Positions 21,053 to 31,499 of a stretch of 64,000 nt of DNA are shown here, piece after piece. The DNA lies in the sequence record DRR378314_1864; one strand, 5' to 3'. Made by a program: the position numbers and the translations under genes. The stretch's first letter is position 1, and every line of letters starts with the position of its first letter. The notes under the pieces are model-generated. The model did no database searches, was not told the origin of the DNA, and saw only the letters and a list, made by a program, of their open reading frames with translations.

Positions 21053-23902
21053 TTAGAGAGCTTTAATTTTGTCCTGTTGCTCCTGCAGCTGCTTCAGGGT
21101 TGTTTCGGCCTCTGAAAGCTTTTCACGTTCTTTGGCAATAACCGCTTCAGGTGCTTTACTGACAAAGTTGTCATTGCTTAACTTGCCATTCAGGCGCTGC
21201 CACTCTTTATTTGCTTTCTCAATAGACTTTTGCAGACGCTGCAGCTCAGCTTCTTTATCAATTAAACCGGCCATTGGAATATGCAGCTTCAACGTATCAA
21301 CCAGCGCGGTCATACTGGCCGGTGCATCGTCATCGCTTTCAATAAACTCAATAGATTCCAGTTTGGCCAGGCTACTGAGGAAGCTTTGGTTATTTTCAAT
21401 ACGACCCCTGGCCATTGCATCAGCATTTGAGAGCAGCAGAGGCAAAGGCTTATTCGGTGATAAATCCATTTCGCCACGAATATTACGAATGGCCAAAATA
21501 ACACGCTTAAGCCACTCCATGTCCTGCATTGCCTGATGGCTGACGTTGTCCTCAACCTGAGGGAACGGCTGCAGCATAATAGTATCACCCGTATTACCAA
21601 CCAGCGGCTTAACGCGTTGCCAGATAGTTTCGGTAATGTAAGGCATGACCGGGTGCAGAAGACGCAGTAACTGCTCTAAAACATTCACCAGTGTGTGGCG
21701 AGTGCCGCGTTGTTGTACTTCTGTGCCACTTTGGAGTATCGGTTTAGTGAGCTCCAGATACCAGTCACAAAACTGGTTCCAGGTAAATTCGTACGCAATA
21801 GCAGCAGCCTGATCAAAACGGTAGGTATCCAAAGCCTGACGAAAGTCTTTTACGGTGCTGTTAAAGCGGGCAATGATCCATTCGTCTGCCAGTGACAGGG
21901 TCATATCGTCGCTTTCAAGACCACAGTCATGTTCTTCGGTGCTCATCAGCACATAACGGCTCGCGTTCCATAACTTGTTACAGAAGTTGCGATATCCCTC
22001 CAGGCGCTTCATGTCCCAGTTGATATCGCGACCAGTCGACGCAAGTGCTGTTAAGGTAAAGCGCAGCGCATCGGTTCCATGAGCGGTAATACCTTCTGGG
22101 AACTCCTTGCGGGTGCGTTTTTCAATTTTCTCGCGCATTTTAGGCTGCATCAAATTCGCGGTACGCTTAGCGACCAGCTCGTCAGCGCTAATGCCGTCAA
22201 TCATGTCCAGCGGGTCTAATACATTACCTTTAGACTTAGACATTTTCTGGCCTTCTTCGTCACGAATAAGGCCGGTCACATAGACTTTCTTAAACGGAAC
22301 CTGCGGCTGGCCATCCTCATCTTTTATGAAGTGCATGGTCATCATGATCATGCGGGCAACCCAGAAGAAAATAATGTCGAAACCGGTAACCAGCACATCG
22401 GTCGGATGGAAGGTTTTTAAGTCCTCGGTATTTTTTGGCCAACCGAGAGTAGAAAAGGTCCATAATGCGGACGAGAACCACGTATCTAACACGTCTTCGT
22501 CTTGCTGAAGAGACGTATCGCCTAAGTTGTGTTTTTCCCGTACTTCTTCTTCGGTGCGACCAACGTAGACATTGCCTTGCTCGTCGTACCATGCCGGAAT
22601 ACGGTGTCCCCACCATAACTGACGCGAAATACACCAGTCCTGAATGTCGCGCATCCAGCTGAAATACATGTTTTCGTACTGCTTGGGTACAAATTCAATG
22701 CGGCCGTCTTCAACCGCTTCAGTCGCCTGTTTGGCCATAGGCTCAACGCGGACATACCATTGGTCGGTTAAATGCGGTTCAATAGGAACGCCACCACGGT
22801 CACCATACGGTATTTTGTTGGTGTGCTTTTCAATTTTTTCCAGCAAACCGAGTTCGTCAAATTCAGCAATAAGCTGTTTGCGAGCCTCGAAACGCTCTTT
22901 ACCGGCGTACTGCTCAGGTAGTCTACCGTTAAATCCGTTCAGCTCTTCAAGCGCTTCACCCGTACTGGTGTAAAGGCCTGCTGTTGCCATAACATGAGCC
23001 GTGTCATCAAAAATCGAAATCATGCCCGTTTGATGACGCTTGCCAATTTCGTAGTCGTTAAAATCATGCGCCGGGGTTACCTTTACGCAACCTGTACCGA
23101 ATTCGCTGTCAACGTGATGGTCGGCAACTATCGGAATGCGGCGGTTAACAATAGGTAACTCAAGGTGTTTACCGACTAAATGTGCGAAGCGCTCGTCGTC
23201 CGGATGCACGGCAACACACACATCGCCTAACATGGTTTCCGGGCGGGTGGTCGCGACCACTAAATGATCTTTACCGTCTTCGGTTTTCTCACCATCGGCC
23301 AGCGGGTAGCGTAAATACCAGATAGAACCTTGTTGTTCTTTGTTCTCGACTTCTAAGTCGGAAATGGCAGTCTGCAGCGCAGGGTCCCAGTTTACCAGGC
23401 GCTTACCACGATAAATCAGGTTGTCTTCGTGCAGTTTTACGAAGACCTCGCGGACCGCATCTGAAAGACCTTCGTCCATCGTGAAGCGTTCGCGATCCCA
23501 GTCAACTGAGTCGCCCAGACGGCGCATTTGTTGGGTAATTGTGCCACCGGATTGTTCTTTCCACTCCCATATTTTATCAATGAAAGCGTCGCGACCAAGT
23601 TCCTGGCGAGTTTGTCCCTGAGCCGCCAACTGGCGTTCAACGACCATCTGGGTGGCAATACCGGCGTGGTCGGAACCGACTTGCCATAATGTATTAAGGC
23701 CATCCATGCGCTGGTAACGGGTCAGCGTATCCATAATAGTGTGTTGGAAGGCATGGCCCATATGCAGACTGCCGGTAACGTTGGGTGGCGGAATCATAAT
23801 CGAGTAGGAGTCGCCTTTACCTGAGGGCTTGAAGTAGCCCTTGTCTTCCCATTGTTGGTAGAGATCTTGTTCTATCGCTGCAGGGGAGTATGTTTTATCC
23901 AT
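21053..23902 (-). CDS. valS: valine--tRNA ligase
   Basis: [20 protein letters not shown]-terminal coiled coil. Confidence 0.98.
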   Translation of the reverse strand: MDKTYSPAAIEQDLYQQWEDKGYFKPSGKGDSYSIMIPPPNVTGSLHMGHAFQHTIMDTLTRYQRMDGLNTLWQVGSDHAGIATQMVVERQLAAQGQTRQELGRDAFIDKIWEWKEQSGGTITQQMRRLGDSVDWDRERFTMDEGLSDAVREVFVKLHEDNLIYRGKRLVNWDPALQTAISDLEVENKEQQGSIWYLRYPLADGEKTEDGKDHLVVATTRPETMLGDVCVAVHPDDERFAHLVGKHLELPIVNRRIPIVADHHVDSEFGTGCVKVTPAHDFNDYEIGKRHQTGMISIFDDTAHVMATAGLYTSTGEALEELNGFNGRLPEQYAGKERFEARKQLIAEFDELGLLEKIEKHTNKIPYGDRGGVPIEPHLTDQWYVRVEPMAKQATEAVEDGRIEFVPKQYENMYFSWMRDIQDWCISRQLWWGHRIPAWYDEQGNVYVGRTEEEVREKHNLGDTSLQQDEDVLDTWFSSALWTFSTLGWPKNTEDLKTFHPTDVLVTGFDIIFFWVARMIMMTMHFIKDEDGQPQVPFKKVYVTGLIRDEEGQKMSKSKGNVLDPLDMIDGISADELVAKRTANLMQPKMREKIEKRTRKEFPEGITAHGTDALRFTLTALASTGRDINWDMKRLEGYRNFCNKLWNASRYVLMSTEEHDCGLESDDMTLSLADEWIIARFNSTVKDFRQALDTYRFDQAAAIAYEFTWNQFCDWYLELTKPILQSGTEVQQRGTRHTLVNVLEQLLRLLHPVMPYITETIWQRVKPLVGNTGDTIMLQPFPQVEDNVSHQAMQDMEWLKRVILAIRNIRGEMDLSPNKPLPLLLSNADAMARGRIENNQSFLSSLAKLESIEFIESDDDAPASMTALVDTLKLHIPMAGLIDKEAELQRLQKSIEKANKEWQRLNGKLSNDNFVSKAPEAVIAKEREKLSEAETTLKQLQEQQDKIKAL

Positions 23903-23909
23903 AATGACC

Positions 23910-24359
23910 TTACTTCTGTTCGGATGTCAGGGGCTCGGTTTGCATTTGGCAACCGCGCGCCCTGTAATGTTTGTAACGCTCGCGAGCTGTTTTTTTGCCA
24001 TTGTCATCGGCTGGAACAATGTCATAGAGCTGTTGGCTCTGCTGGGCTTGCACCGGAATCTCTTCCGCCAGATTAAACAGCGCATAACCCGGACGGTTTT
24101 TTACTGCATCGGCCTCAGGCCAGCAAAACTCTACCGGAGCACCTGTAGCCGGGCCTTCGCCGTGTAAGTTATGCGGAATAAAAGCATCACTTGGTTGTTG
24201 CCACAAAAGCTCGTCCAGAGCTTCAGCCTGCTGTTGATTGCGGGCCCAGACCCGCAACTTTTTATGCTTTCGGTACAGTTGCGCTATCTTATCGCAGATA
24301 AGCCGGTTTTGCTCATCTTCGGCTCCGTCCGGCATTAAGAAAAAGGTGGCTGACGACAT
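23910..24359 (-). CDS. holC: DNA polymerase III chi subunit
   Basis: LDELLW...[13 protein letters not shown]; pepA-holC-valS synteny. Confidence 0.92.
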   Translation of the reverse strand: MSSATFFLMPDGAEDEQNRLICDKIAQLYRKHKKLRVWARNQQQAEALDELLWQQPSDAFIPHNLHGEGPATGAPVEFCWPEADAVKNRPGYALFNLAEEIPVQAQQSQQLYDIVPADDNGKKTARERYKHYRARGCQMQTEPLTSEQK

Positions 24360-24360
24360 G

Positions 24361-25866
24361 TTATTCAGCTGCCTCGGTGTTACACCGGTTAATTAAGAAC
24401 TGAGTTAACAGTGGAACCGGACGGCCTGTTGAGCCTTTGTCTTTACCACCTTGCCACGCTGTGCCTGCGATATCCATGTGCGCCCAGTTGTACTTTTTAG
24501 TGTAACGCGAGAGGAAACAAGCAGCAGTAATAGTGCCGGCTTCACGACCGCCGATATTCGCCATATCCGCAAACGGGCTATCCAGCATCGACTGATATTC
24601 GTCCCAAAGCGGCATGCGCCAGGCTTTGTCACCACTTTGCTGAGCAGCGTTCAGAATTTCGTGTGCTAACGGATTATGCTGGCTGAGCACGGCGGAAGCA
24701 TGACTGCCTAAAGCAATAACACAGGCGCCTGTCAGCGTGGCTAAATCAATCACGGATTCAGGTTCAAATCGCTCGATATACGTCAGGGTATCGCACAGCA
24801 CCAGTCGACCTTCCGCGTCAGTATTCAGTACTTCAACTGTTTGGCCGCTCATGGTGGTTAAAATATCACCTGGTCGGTAGGCTTTGCCATCCGGCATGTT
24901 TTCGCAACCGGCGACCGCACCAATAACATTGATAGGCAGTTGCAGTTCGGCCAGAGCCTGCATGGCGCCTAAAACGCCCGCTGCACCGCCCATATCGTAT
25001 TTCATTTCATCCATATTCGCGGACGGCTTAATTGAAATACCGCCAGAATCAAATGTCAGACCTTTACCTACCAGCACAATAGGAGCCTGGTCATCGGGTG
25101 CGCCTTTATAATGCATTAATGTGAGCACTGACTCATGCTCTGAACCGCGACCAACCGCTAAGTATGCATTCATACCCAGTTTTTCCATTTCGGCTTCTTC
25201 AACCGTGGTAACTGTTAAGTTGTCGTAATTATCAGCCATTAATTTGGCTTGATCGGCTAAATAACGAGGCGTGCAAATGTTCGGTGGCATATTCGCTACG
25301 TTGCGGCAAATATCCATTCCGGTTGCCACCGCTAATGCGTGCTGCACAGCTTGTTCGCCCAAAGCCAGCTCTTTGCGGCTTGGAACGTTAAAAACCAATT
25401 TGCGTAACGGGCGACGAGGCTCTTCTTTTTTACTTTTGAGCTCATTAAAGTTATACAATGTTGCCCGGGCTGCCTCTACTGCCTGACGAACTTTCCAATA
25501 GGTATCGCGACCTTTAACGTGCAGTTCACTGAGAAAGCACACCGCTTCCATTGAACCTGTTTCGTTCAACGTGTTCATAGTACGGGCGATAATTTGGCGG
25601 TACTGACGCTCATCAAGTTCGCGTTCTTTACCACAGCCGACCAGTAAAACCCGTTCGGCAAGAATATTGGGGACATGATGTAACAGCAAAACCTGACCGG
25701 ATTTACCTTCGAGGTCTCCGCGGCGTAATAGGTTGCTTAAATAACCATCACTGACTTTGTCTAATTGTTCGGCAACGCCAGACAGACGACGAGGTTCAAA
25801 CACGCCAACAACGATACAAGCAGAGCGTTGTTTTTCCGGATTACCACTTTTGACGCTGAACTCCAT
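24361..25866 (-). CDS. pepA: leucyl aminopeptidase
   Basis: [25 protein letters not shown]. Confidence 0.97.
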   Translation of the reverse strand: MEFSVKSGNPEKQRSACIVVGVFEPRRLSGVAEQLDKVSDGYLSNLLRRGDLEGKSGQVLLLHHVPNILAERVLLVGCGKERELDERQYRQIIARTMNTLNETGSMEAVCFLSELHVKGRDTYWKVRQAVEAARATLYNFNELKSKKEEPRRPLRKLVFNVPSRKELALGEQAVQHALAVATGMDICRNVANMPPNICTPRYLADQAKLMADNYDNLTVTTVEEAEMEKLGMNAYLAVGRGSEHESVLTLMHYKGAPDDQAPIVLVGKGLTFDSGGISIKPSANMDEMKYDMGGAAGVLGAMQALAELQLPINVIGAVAGCENMPDGKAYRPGDILTTMSGQTVEVLNTDAEGRLVLCDTLTYIERFEPESVIDLATLTGACVIALGSHASAVLSQHNPLAHEILNAAQQSGDKAWRMPLWDEYQSMLDSPFADMANIGGREAGTITAACFLSRYTKKYNWAHMDIAGTAWQGGKDKGSTGRPVPLLTQFLINRCNTEAAE

Positions 25867-25999
25867 GACAGTGCTCCTGTTTCAGGTGGCTTCAATGCCT
25901 GCTATAGTTTCGCTATAAAGACACTTTGTTGTTAAAATAACAAGTTTACTTAAAAATCACAGCTATTCCAGTAAAAACCTAAGTTATGAGTGAACGCTA

Positions 26000-27109
26000 G
26001 TGCGCATATTCCGATATTTGATCAGTGAAACCTTGAAGTCGCAGCTTGCTGTGCTTTTTATCCTGATGACAATTTTTGTCAGTCAGAAATTTGTCCGTGT
26101 GTTATCGGATGCGTCAGAAGGGGACATACCGGGCGCTATTATTTTTCAACTGTTGTCGTTGAACCTGCCGGCATTATTGTCACTGATTTTGCCTCTTAGC
26201 CTGTTTTTAGGGATTTTACTGGCTCACGGACGTATCTACGCCGACAATGAAATGACCGTTTTGCACGCTTGTGGCGTCAGTGAGTGGTACGTAACCCGGG
26301 TAACGCTGGTGCTCTCACTGATTCTGGCTATTATCACCGCGTCTTTTACTTTGTGGCTGGTGCCCTGGTCGCTTGATCAGGAGCAAAAACTAGAAGATAA
26401 AGCTCGTTCAGAAAGCGGACTCACCGCGCTTATGCCGGGGCGATTTCAGCAAGCCAGCAACCAGAAGGCGGTTATTTTTGTACAAAGTGTTGGCGATGAG
26501 GGTGATTTGGAGGAAGTTTTTGTTGCGCAGCACACGCACAATCAGGGCGAGTTACAGTCCGGTAGTGTGGTGATGGCCAAAACCGGCAAAGTGATTAGTG
26601 AAACAACCGGCTCGCAATGGCTGGAGCTGGGTCAGGGAAAACGTTATGCCGGCGATGACGACAGCTATCAGATGATGTCGTTCGACAGTTATCAATTGCA
26701 AATTAAAGAGCAGCAGGCAAGTGAGCAATTACGAAAACTTGAGGCTTACCCAACTGTTGAACTGTTATCGCGGAAAGAACCGGCAGCGATTGCTGAATTA
26801 CAGTGGCGTATTGCTATTCCGCTGGCAATGCCGTTACTGACACTTATTGCGGTGCCACTAAGCCGGGTAAACCCGCGTCAGGGTAAGTTCGGAAGAATGG
26901 CGCCGGCGCTGCTTATTTATCTGGGGTACTTTTTATTGCTTATGGCAGCTAAGTCAGCCATTCGGGACGGCGTTATTCCGCCTATTATTGGCTTGTGGTG
27001 GATACACTTCATTTTGCTGATTTTTGGGTTGGCTCTGGTGGGTAAGGGGCGTCCGCTCGGGTTGAGGTTACTGGCAAACTTGCGCTTTGGCGCTGCGCGG
27101 GGGCACTGA
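26000..27109 (+). CDS. lptF: LPS export permease LptF
   Basis: RIYADNEM, AELQWR, VNPRQG; 6 TM; divergent from pepA. Confidence 0.93.
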   Translation: MRIFRYLISETLKSQLAVLFILMTIFVSQKFVRVLSDASEGDIPGAIIFQLLSLNLPALLSLILPLSLFLGILLAHGRIYADNEMTVLHACGVSEWYVTRVTLVLSLILAIITASFTLWLVPWSLDQEQKLEDKARSESGLTALMPGRFQQASNQKAVIFVQSVGDEGDLEEVFVAQHTHNQGELQSGSVVMAKTGKVISETTGSQWLELGQGKRYAGDDDSYQMMSFDSYQLQIKEQQASEQLRKLEAYPTVELLSRKEPAAIAELQWRIAIPLAMPLLTLIAVPLSRVNPRQGKFGRMAPALLIYLGYFLLLMAAKSAIRDGVIPPIIGLWWIHFILLIFGLALVGKGRPLGLRLLANLRFGAARGH

Positions 27110-28179
27110 TGTTTAGTATTTTAGATAAGTACATAGGCCTTTCTGTATTACGGACATCGCTTTTAAGTCTGGCCGTATTAACCGGGCTTTCCTCGTTAAT
27201 CCGCTTTGTGGAGCAGCTTAAAGCGGTGGGTCGCGGCGACTACAATGTTATGGATGCGGTACTCTTTGTGTTTTACAGCCTGCCGCGCGATGTTGAAACT
27301 TTCTTTCCAATGGCAGCTTTACTCGGCGGACTCATTGGTGTGGGGATGCTGGCTAGTAACTCCGAGTTAGTGGTAATGATGGCTGCCGGCCGATCACGTT
27401 TAAACATCATTGGCGCGGTAATGAAGTCGGCCATTATTATGATGGTGGCGGTTATGGCCATTGGAGAGTGGATAGCGCCGCCAATGGAAGCTCAGGGCCG
27501 GGCCATACGCTCGCAGGCTATTTCCGGCGGTAGCTTAATATCTGCTCAGCAGGGAGTGTGGGCCAAAGATGGTTCAGACTTTATCAATATTGGCGAAGTA
27601 GAGGATACCGGACGGCTTAACGACGTATTAATTTACGACTTTAACGACAATCGTGAGTTGCAAAAAGTAACTTACGCCCAGACTGCTAATTTCAGTGGTG
27701 ACAAATGGCGCATGCAGCAGGTAACTGTAACTCAGCTTGATGATATCCGAATGTTACGTGATGAAAAGCCTAGTATGGTTTGGCAGTCGAGTTTAACGCC
27801 GGACAAACTTGGAGTGGTGACTATAAAACCAGAGTCGCTTTCTATTACCGGGCTGTTGGACTACTTAACCTACCTGGAGAGTAACCAGCAATCTGCGGAG
27901 CGCTACGAGTTGGCGTTATGGCGGAAACTTTTCGCACCGATTACGGTAGCGGTTATGCTGTTGGTGGCCTTGTCTTTTATTTTTGGCCCGCTGCGATCAA
28001 CAACAATGGGTGCCCGAATATTACTTGGTGTTATTACTGGTTTTGGCTTCCATGTAAGTAACGAAATTTTTGGTCCGTTGGCTCAGGTTTATCAAATTCC
28101 GGCTATTCTGGGAGCTTTATTACCCAGTATTTTATTTGCCGGAGTGGCCGTTTACTTTATGCGGGGGCGTACGGCCTGA
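27109..28179 (+). CDS. lptG: LPS export permease LptG
   Basis: SELVVM, FGPLRS; follows lptF. Confidence 0.93.
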   Translation: MFSILDKYIGLSVLRTSLLSLAVLTGLSSLIRFVEQLKAVGRGDYNVMDAVLFVFYSLPRDVETFFPMAALLGGLIGVGMLASNSELVVMMAAGRSRLNIIGAVMKSAIIMMVAVMAIGEWIAPPMEAQGRAIRSQAISGGSLISAQQGVWAKDGSDFINIGEVEDTGRLNDVLIYDFNDNRELQKVTYAQTANFSGDKWRMQQVTVTQLDDIRMLRDEKPSMVWQSSLTPDKLGVVTIKPESLSITGLLDYLTYLESNQQSAERYELALWRKLFAPITVAVMLLVALSFIFGPLRSTTMGARILLGVITGFGFHVSNEIFGPLAQVYQIPAILGALLPSILFAGVAVYFMRGRTA

Positions 28180-28192
28180 CAATTGGCCGTAC
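28169..28192. terminator. hairpin between convergent lptG and RDD gene
   Basis: GTACGGCC-8nt-GGCCGTAC. Confidence 0.5.
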
Positions 28193-28201
28193 TTCTATAG
28201 G

Positions 28202-28711
28202 CTAAAGTTCATTCCAGTAGAACAGCTGATTTGCTTCTTTTGAAAGCGTGACAACTTCGGTGCCGGCAGCGTAATCATGCCAGGCTCGTTTGTTTTTAAA
28301 ATCTACCAGAACCCAGAGGTTTCCAAGGCCTGCACAACAAGTAATCAGCCTGATAAAAACCTGGCGATTAGTCAGCCTCGAACCATCACGGTTTTGAAGT
28401 TTCAGGCGCCACGCGCGCATACCTAAGGTTTGACCCGAACGTTTCCAGAACCAGCCAAAAAATAGCGAAACAACGGAAAGAAGATACAAGCTGTACCAAG
28501 GTCCCTGGGCTAACCAGGCGGCGTGATCCATTCCTTCGGGCAGCACTAACCATTCAAAAGTAGTCAGCAGCGCGGCAAAGAGTAAAGCCAAGGCTGAAGC
28601 GAGCATAATAATAGCTACGGCGACTAAAAAGTCATAAACCCAGGAGACAAAACGTCTGGGAAAGCCGGCACTGGGGAAACTGGCGTGTAATTTCTGTGCT
28701 GCGGAACTCAT
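28202..28711 (-). CDS. RDD family membrane protein
   Basis: RR..S.VYD, GQTLGMRAWRL, WHD. Confidence 0.9.
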   Translation of the reverse strand: MSSAAQKLHASFPSAGFPRRFVSWVYDFLVAVAIIMLASALALLFAALLTTFEWLVLPEGMDHAAWLAQGPWYSLYLLSVVSLFFGWFWKRSGQTLGMRAWRLKLQNRDGSRLTNRQVFIRLITCCAGLGNLWVLVDFKNKRAWHDYAAGTEVVTLSKEANQLFYWNEL

Positions 28712-28858
28712 GTGAAACTCATTTAACTCAATAGTGTGTTAATCATATCACGAGCAAAGCGGGCTGACAGCTACCTCCGCTTTACTCTCAGTTGTACTCT
28801 TAGCTGTATAAGGAATCAGCAGTTAGTTGGATTATAAGGTGTTTTAGTGAATTATTGC

Positions 28859-28894
28859 TTGATTAGAGAGAGTGGACGAGTATAATTCCGTCCC
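28859..28894 (+). promoter_or_regulatory. stable-RNA type sigma70 promoter of tRNA-Leu
   Basis: TTGATT-16bp-TATAAT plus GC-rich discriminator TCCGTCCC. Confidence 0.75.
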
Positions 28895-28932
28895 GTTGCT
28901 TTGTTATGCAACGCCTTCACCTTATAAAGCAT

Positions 28933-29018
28933 GGCGCTGTGGTGGAATTGGTAGACACGCCTGATTCAAAATCAGGTTCCTTCTGGGAGTGACGGTTCAA
29001 GTCCGTCCAGCGCCACCA
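28933..29018 (+). tRNA. leuX: tRNA-Leu(CAA), leuX-type
   Basis: Acceptor GGCGCTG/CAGCGCC-A-CCA, D-loop GGAATTGGTAGAC, anticodon arm CCTGA-TTCAAAA-TCAGG, long variable arm, GGTTCAAGTCC. Confidence 0.97.
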
Positions 29019-29127
29019 AGTTTTTCACTACCTTTAAGGTAGACTAATTCCTTTTTTATTTCGTACAGATATGCGGTTCAATTGGCCTCTTTAATATTTT
29101 TCGAGTGCTATTATCTATCGAGCATTA

Positions 29128-29318
29128 TCAACATGGGAATCTGCTCCGACAAGAAGTGCCTTTCTGACTTAGGCCACTAGAACGTATTCTTGGACAAGTG
29201 TCTGCCACAGTGCGTTAGACCAGCATGCTCGACTCATAAATCACCTAGTTGGTTAAACATGGCGACAAATTAAGTCATCTGCAAACTCGTTCCTAGGTAT
29301 GGTTCCAGTTAAACTTAT
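29128..29318 (-). pseudogene. decayed IS66-like left end and frameshifted tnpA accessory gene fragment
   Basis: ATAAGTTTAACTGGAACCATACCT end-like motif, then SD and MSRACWSNALWQTLVQEY / frameshift / SSGLSQKGTSC, resembling the IS66 TnpA W..L.....SGLS...FC pattern. Confidence 0.4.
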
Positions 29319-29356
29319 TAAAGCGCAGGCGAATTTTTTAGTTAATTTACCTGAAA

Positions 29357-29394
29357 CTAATTCAACAACCCAGGCTTTCAGCTTGTTGAATTAG
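29357..29394. terminator. 12-bp perfect inverted repeat downstream of the deaminase gene
   Basis: CTAATTCAACAA-14nt-TTGTTGAATTAG, 20 nt past the stop; weak U-tract. Confidence 0.5.
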
Positions 29395-29414
29395 CTTATA
29401 AGTTTATAGAAATA

Positions 29415-31439
29415 TTATTCAATAAATGGTTCTACTTCTGAGGCGTGATAATACTCTCTTTCATTCTTAAATAATTTAAATACTACTTTTTTTGGATTAC
29501 AATCATCAAGATAAGCAATCGTTTTTTCATCTGTAATTCTATAATCAGATTTGTGTTTATCGTTGACCTTATCAATCCACCATTTACCGCCAGTTTTTCT
29601 CACAGTGCTAACGATCTCACCCTGTAGGATATCACCATTTTCATAGGTTTTACCTATCTCCACTGTGGGTCGTATTGAATTTGCAAGTAGGAAGTTGTTT
29701 TTCCCGGGACTCAGTTTGAAATAAACTCGTAAGCCTTCAAATAAGCTATTTTGATATGCCGGTTCGGCACAAGACGTTTTAAATCCATAATCGAAAGGAT
29801 AATCTTTTCTTAAAGAATCAATTTTATTGATCATATTAAAGCTTTCGTTTCCACGGTAAATCTTAATGTGAGATTTAAACTCAGCATCAAATACTTCCTC
29901 TTTTGAACTAGCAATGTCTTTTGCTGTTTTAATAGCTGTGTAGATATCCTCTTGTTCCTCATTGAAAGCATAGATCTCCAGAGGAATTTTAATGCGGGGA
30001 CTAGTGTATTTACCTTTCTGAGTGAAAATTGTTCGAGCTTCTGGGTCTTTTCTTTTAATCCGTGCGCTGGATCCTAGTCCCATAGTAGAAAATAAATCTA
30101 AATAGCGATTTGGTCCAACACCTGTAAATGATTGAAAAGTCACCTTGTCGGGAGTCTTTTCTTCAATGGAGATGGCGTCATCATGAAGTTCTGTTGCTTT
30201 ACTTTTAGGGTAAGGTTCTATGTAAATAACTTTGCTTACACCACTTGCGATAATATGCTTTGCACAGTTGTGACAAGGAAATGTCGTGCAGAATAAAGTT
30301 GTATTTTTTACATCAGCACCAATTCGTAAGGCACTCATTAAAGCTGACATTTCAGCGTGAACAACACGGCCGAATTCAGTAAGGTCTTTTAATCTTGTTT
30401 CCTCACGTAGTACTTGTGCTATTTCCTCTTCCTTTAAATTGGCATTCACTTCGGAAGTTTTTATTCGTAAATTTGAGATTAACGATTGGGCTATTTGTCT
30501 AGATAACTTATCAATTTCTATTGAGTTAGCATCGTAGCCTAGCGCTGCATCTCTTTTATCACCAGATGCTCCGGCATTTTCTTCTGTCAAAGGTAAATAG
30601 ATTTCATCCGGCCAGTATTTCCCGCCCCCACTTTTTTGGACGTCATTTGAACCTGTGGCGATGATGTCATCCTCTTTTGAGGTAATGACGGCACCAACTT
30701 GACGCGAAAGATCAGCGGAGTTGACAGATGACATAAAAGCCATAAACATCGAGTGTTCCTCTGCTGTAGGGCTTATATTTGGAGCTCCGAGTATTAAGTC
30801 GATAAACCGTTCGATAGTTGACTTTAAGTTTTCTTCGGTATTTACGAAAAAGTCAGATTGGACAAAAACTTTTGAAATTTCATTTTTCTCTAAACTTTCG
30901 GCGATCTTATTAGCAAACCCATTTTCCGGATTAATAGAGTATTTTAAAGAGTCGAGAACTCTATTTAAATTTTTTCTTCTACTTTCTGGTGAACTGGTTA
31001 ATCCAAATTGGAAAAAACCTTCTTTATATAAAGATTTTAAACAATTGGAATCTTTAGAGTCGTTCAAATTGGTTACAAGGTAAACAGTTCCTGACCTTTT
31101 GTTTTCCTTACAAAAATTTTTATTATTTTTTCTGCTGCTTTTAATTTTATCGATAGTGAGAGATGCGCTAATTGAATTGAAAGGATTTTCGTCATTCAGT
31201 TCTTGCTGATATTTTTTTTGTCTTTCAAGTAGACGGAAGGCGGTGCAACCGGTCTCTGGAACGTAATCTTCAGCTTCTTTAAGCTTATTCAGAACTAGGT
31301 TAGAGGTAGAGATAACTTGATAATGCCACTTATGCTCTTGAATAAGTGACTTTAGGTATTTAATCGTCTCTTCTTGACTAACCCCTATTGGAGACGTCAA
31401 TCCAAAAACGAGTTCATGATAATTGGTGGTGAATTTCAT
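29415..31439 (-). CDS. anti-phage dCTP/dCMP deaminase (AvcD-like) with C-terminal cold-shock-like repeats
   Basis: ELVFGLTSPIG kinase-like N-terminus; SADLSRQVGAVI, GRVVHAE (30351-30359), TTFPCHNCAKHI (30264-30278), YIEPYPKS, FTGVGPNRY. Confidence 0.88.
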   Translation of the reverse strand: MKFTTNYHELVFGLTSPIGVSQEETIKYLKSLIQEHKWHYQVISTSNLVLNKLKEAEDYVPETGCTAFRLLERQKKYQQELNDENPFNSISASLTIDKIKSSRKNNKNFCKENKRSGTVYLVTNLNDSKDSNCLKSLYKEGFFQFGLTSSPESRRKNLNRVLDSLKYSINPENGFANKIAESLEKNEISKVFVQSDFFVNTEENLKSTIERFIDLILGAPNISPTAEEHSMFMAFMSSVNSADLSRQVGAVITSKEDDIIATGSNDVQKSGGGKYWPDEIYLPLTEENAGASGDKRDAALGYDANSIEIDKLSRQIAQSLISNLRIKTSEVNANLKEEEIAQVLREETRLKDLTEFGRVVHAEMSALMSALRIGADVKNTTLFCTTFPCHNCAKHIIASGVSKVIYIEPYPKSKATELHDDAISIEEKTPDKVTFQSFTGVGPNRYLDLFSTMGLGSSARIKRKDPEARTIFTQKGKYTSPRIKIPLEIYAFNEEQEDIYTAIKTAKDIASSKEEVFDAEFKSHIKIYRGNESFNMINKIDSLRKDYPFDYGFKTSCAEPAYQNSLFEGLRVYFKLSPGKNNFLLANSIRPTVEIGKTYENGDILQGEIVSTVRKTGGKWWIDKVNDKHKSDYRITDEKTIAYLDDCNPKKVVFKLFKNEREYYHASEVEPFIE

Positions 31440-31469
31440 ATTTTTCCGTAAGTTAACTATTAAATACTA

Positions 31470-31499
31470 AAGTTAACAGACTCATTTATTGCAATACAA
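31470..31499 (-). promoter_or_regulatory. candidate extended -10 promoter of the deaminase
   Basis: Minus strand TTGTAT-18bp-(TGt)TAACTT, overlapped by a GTTAACT-12-AGTTAAC inverted repeat. Confidence 0.35.
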
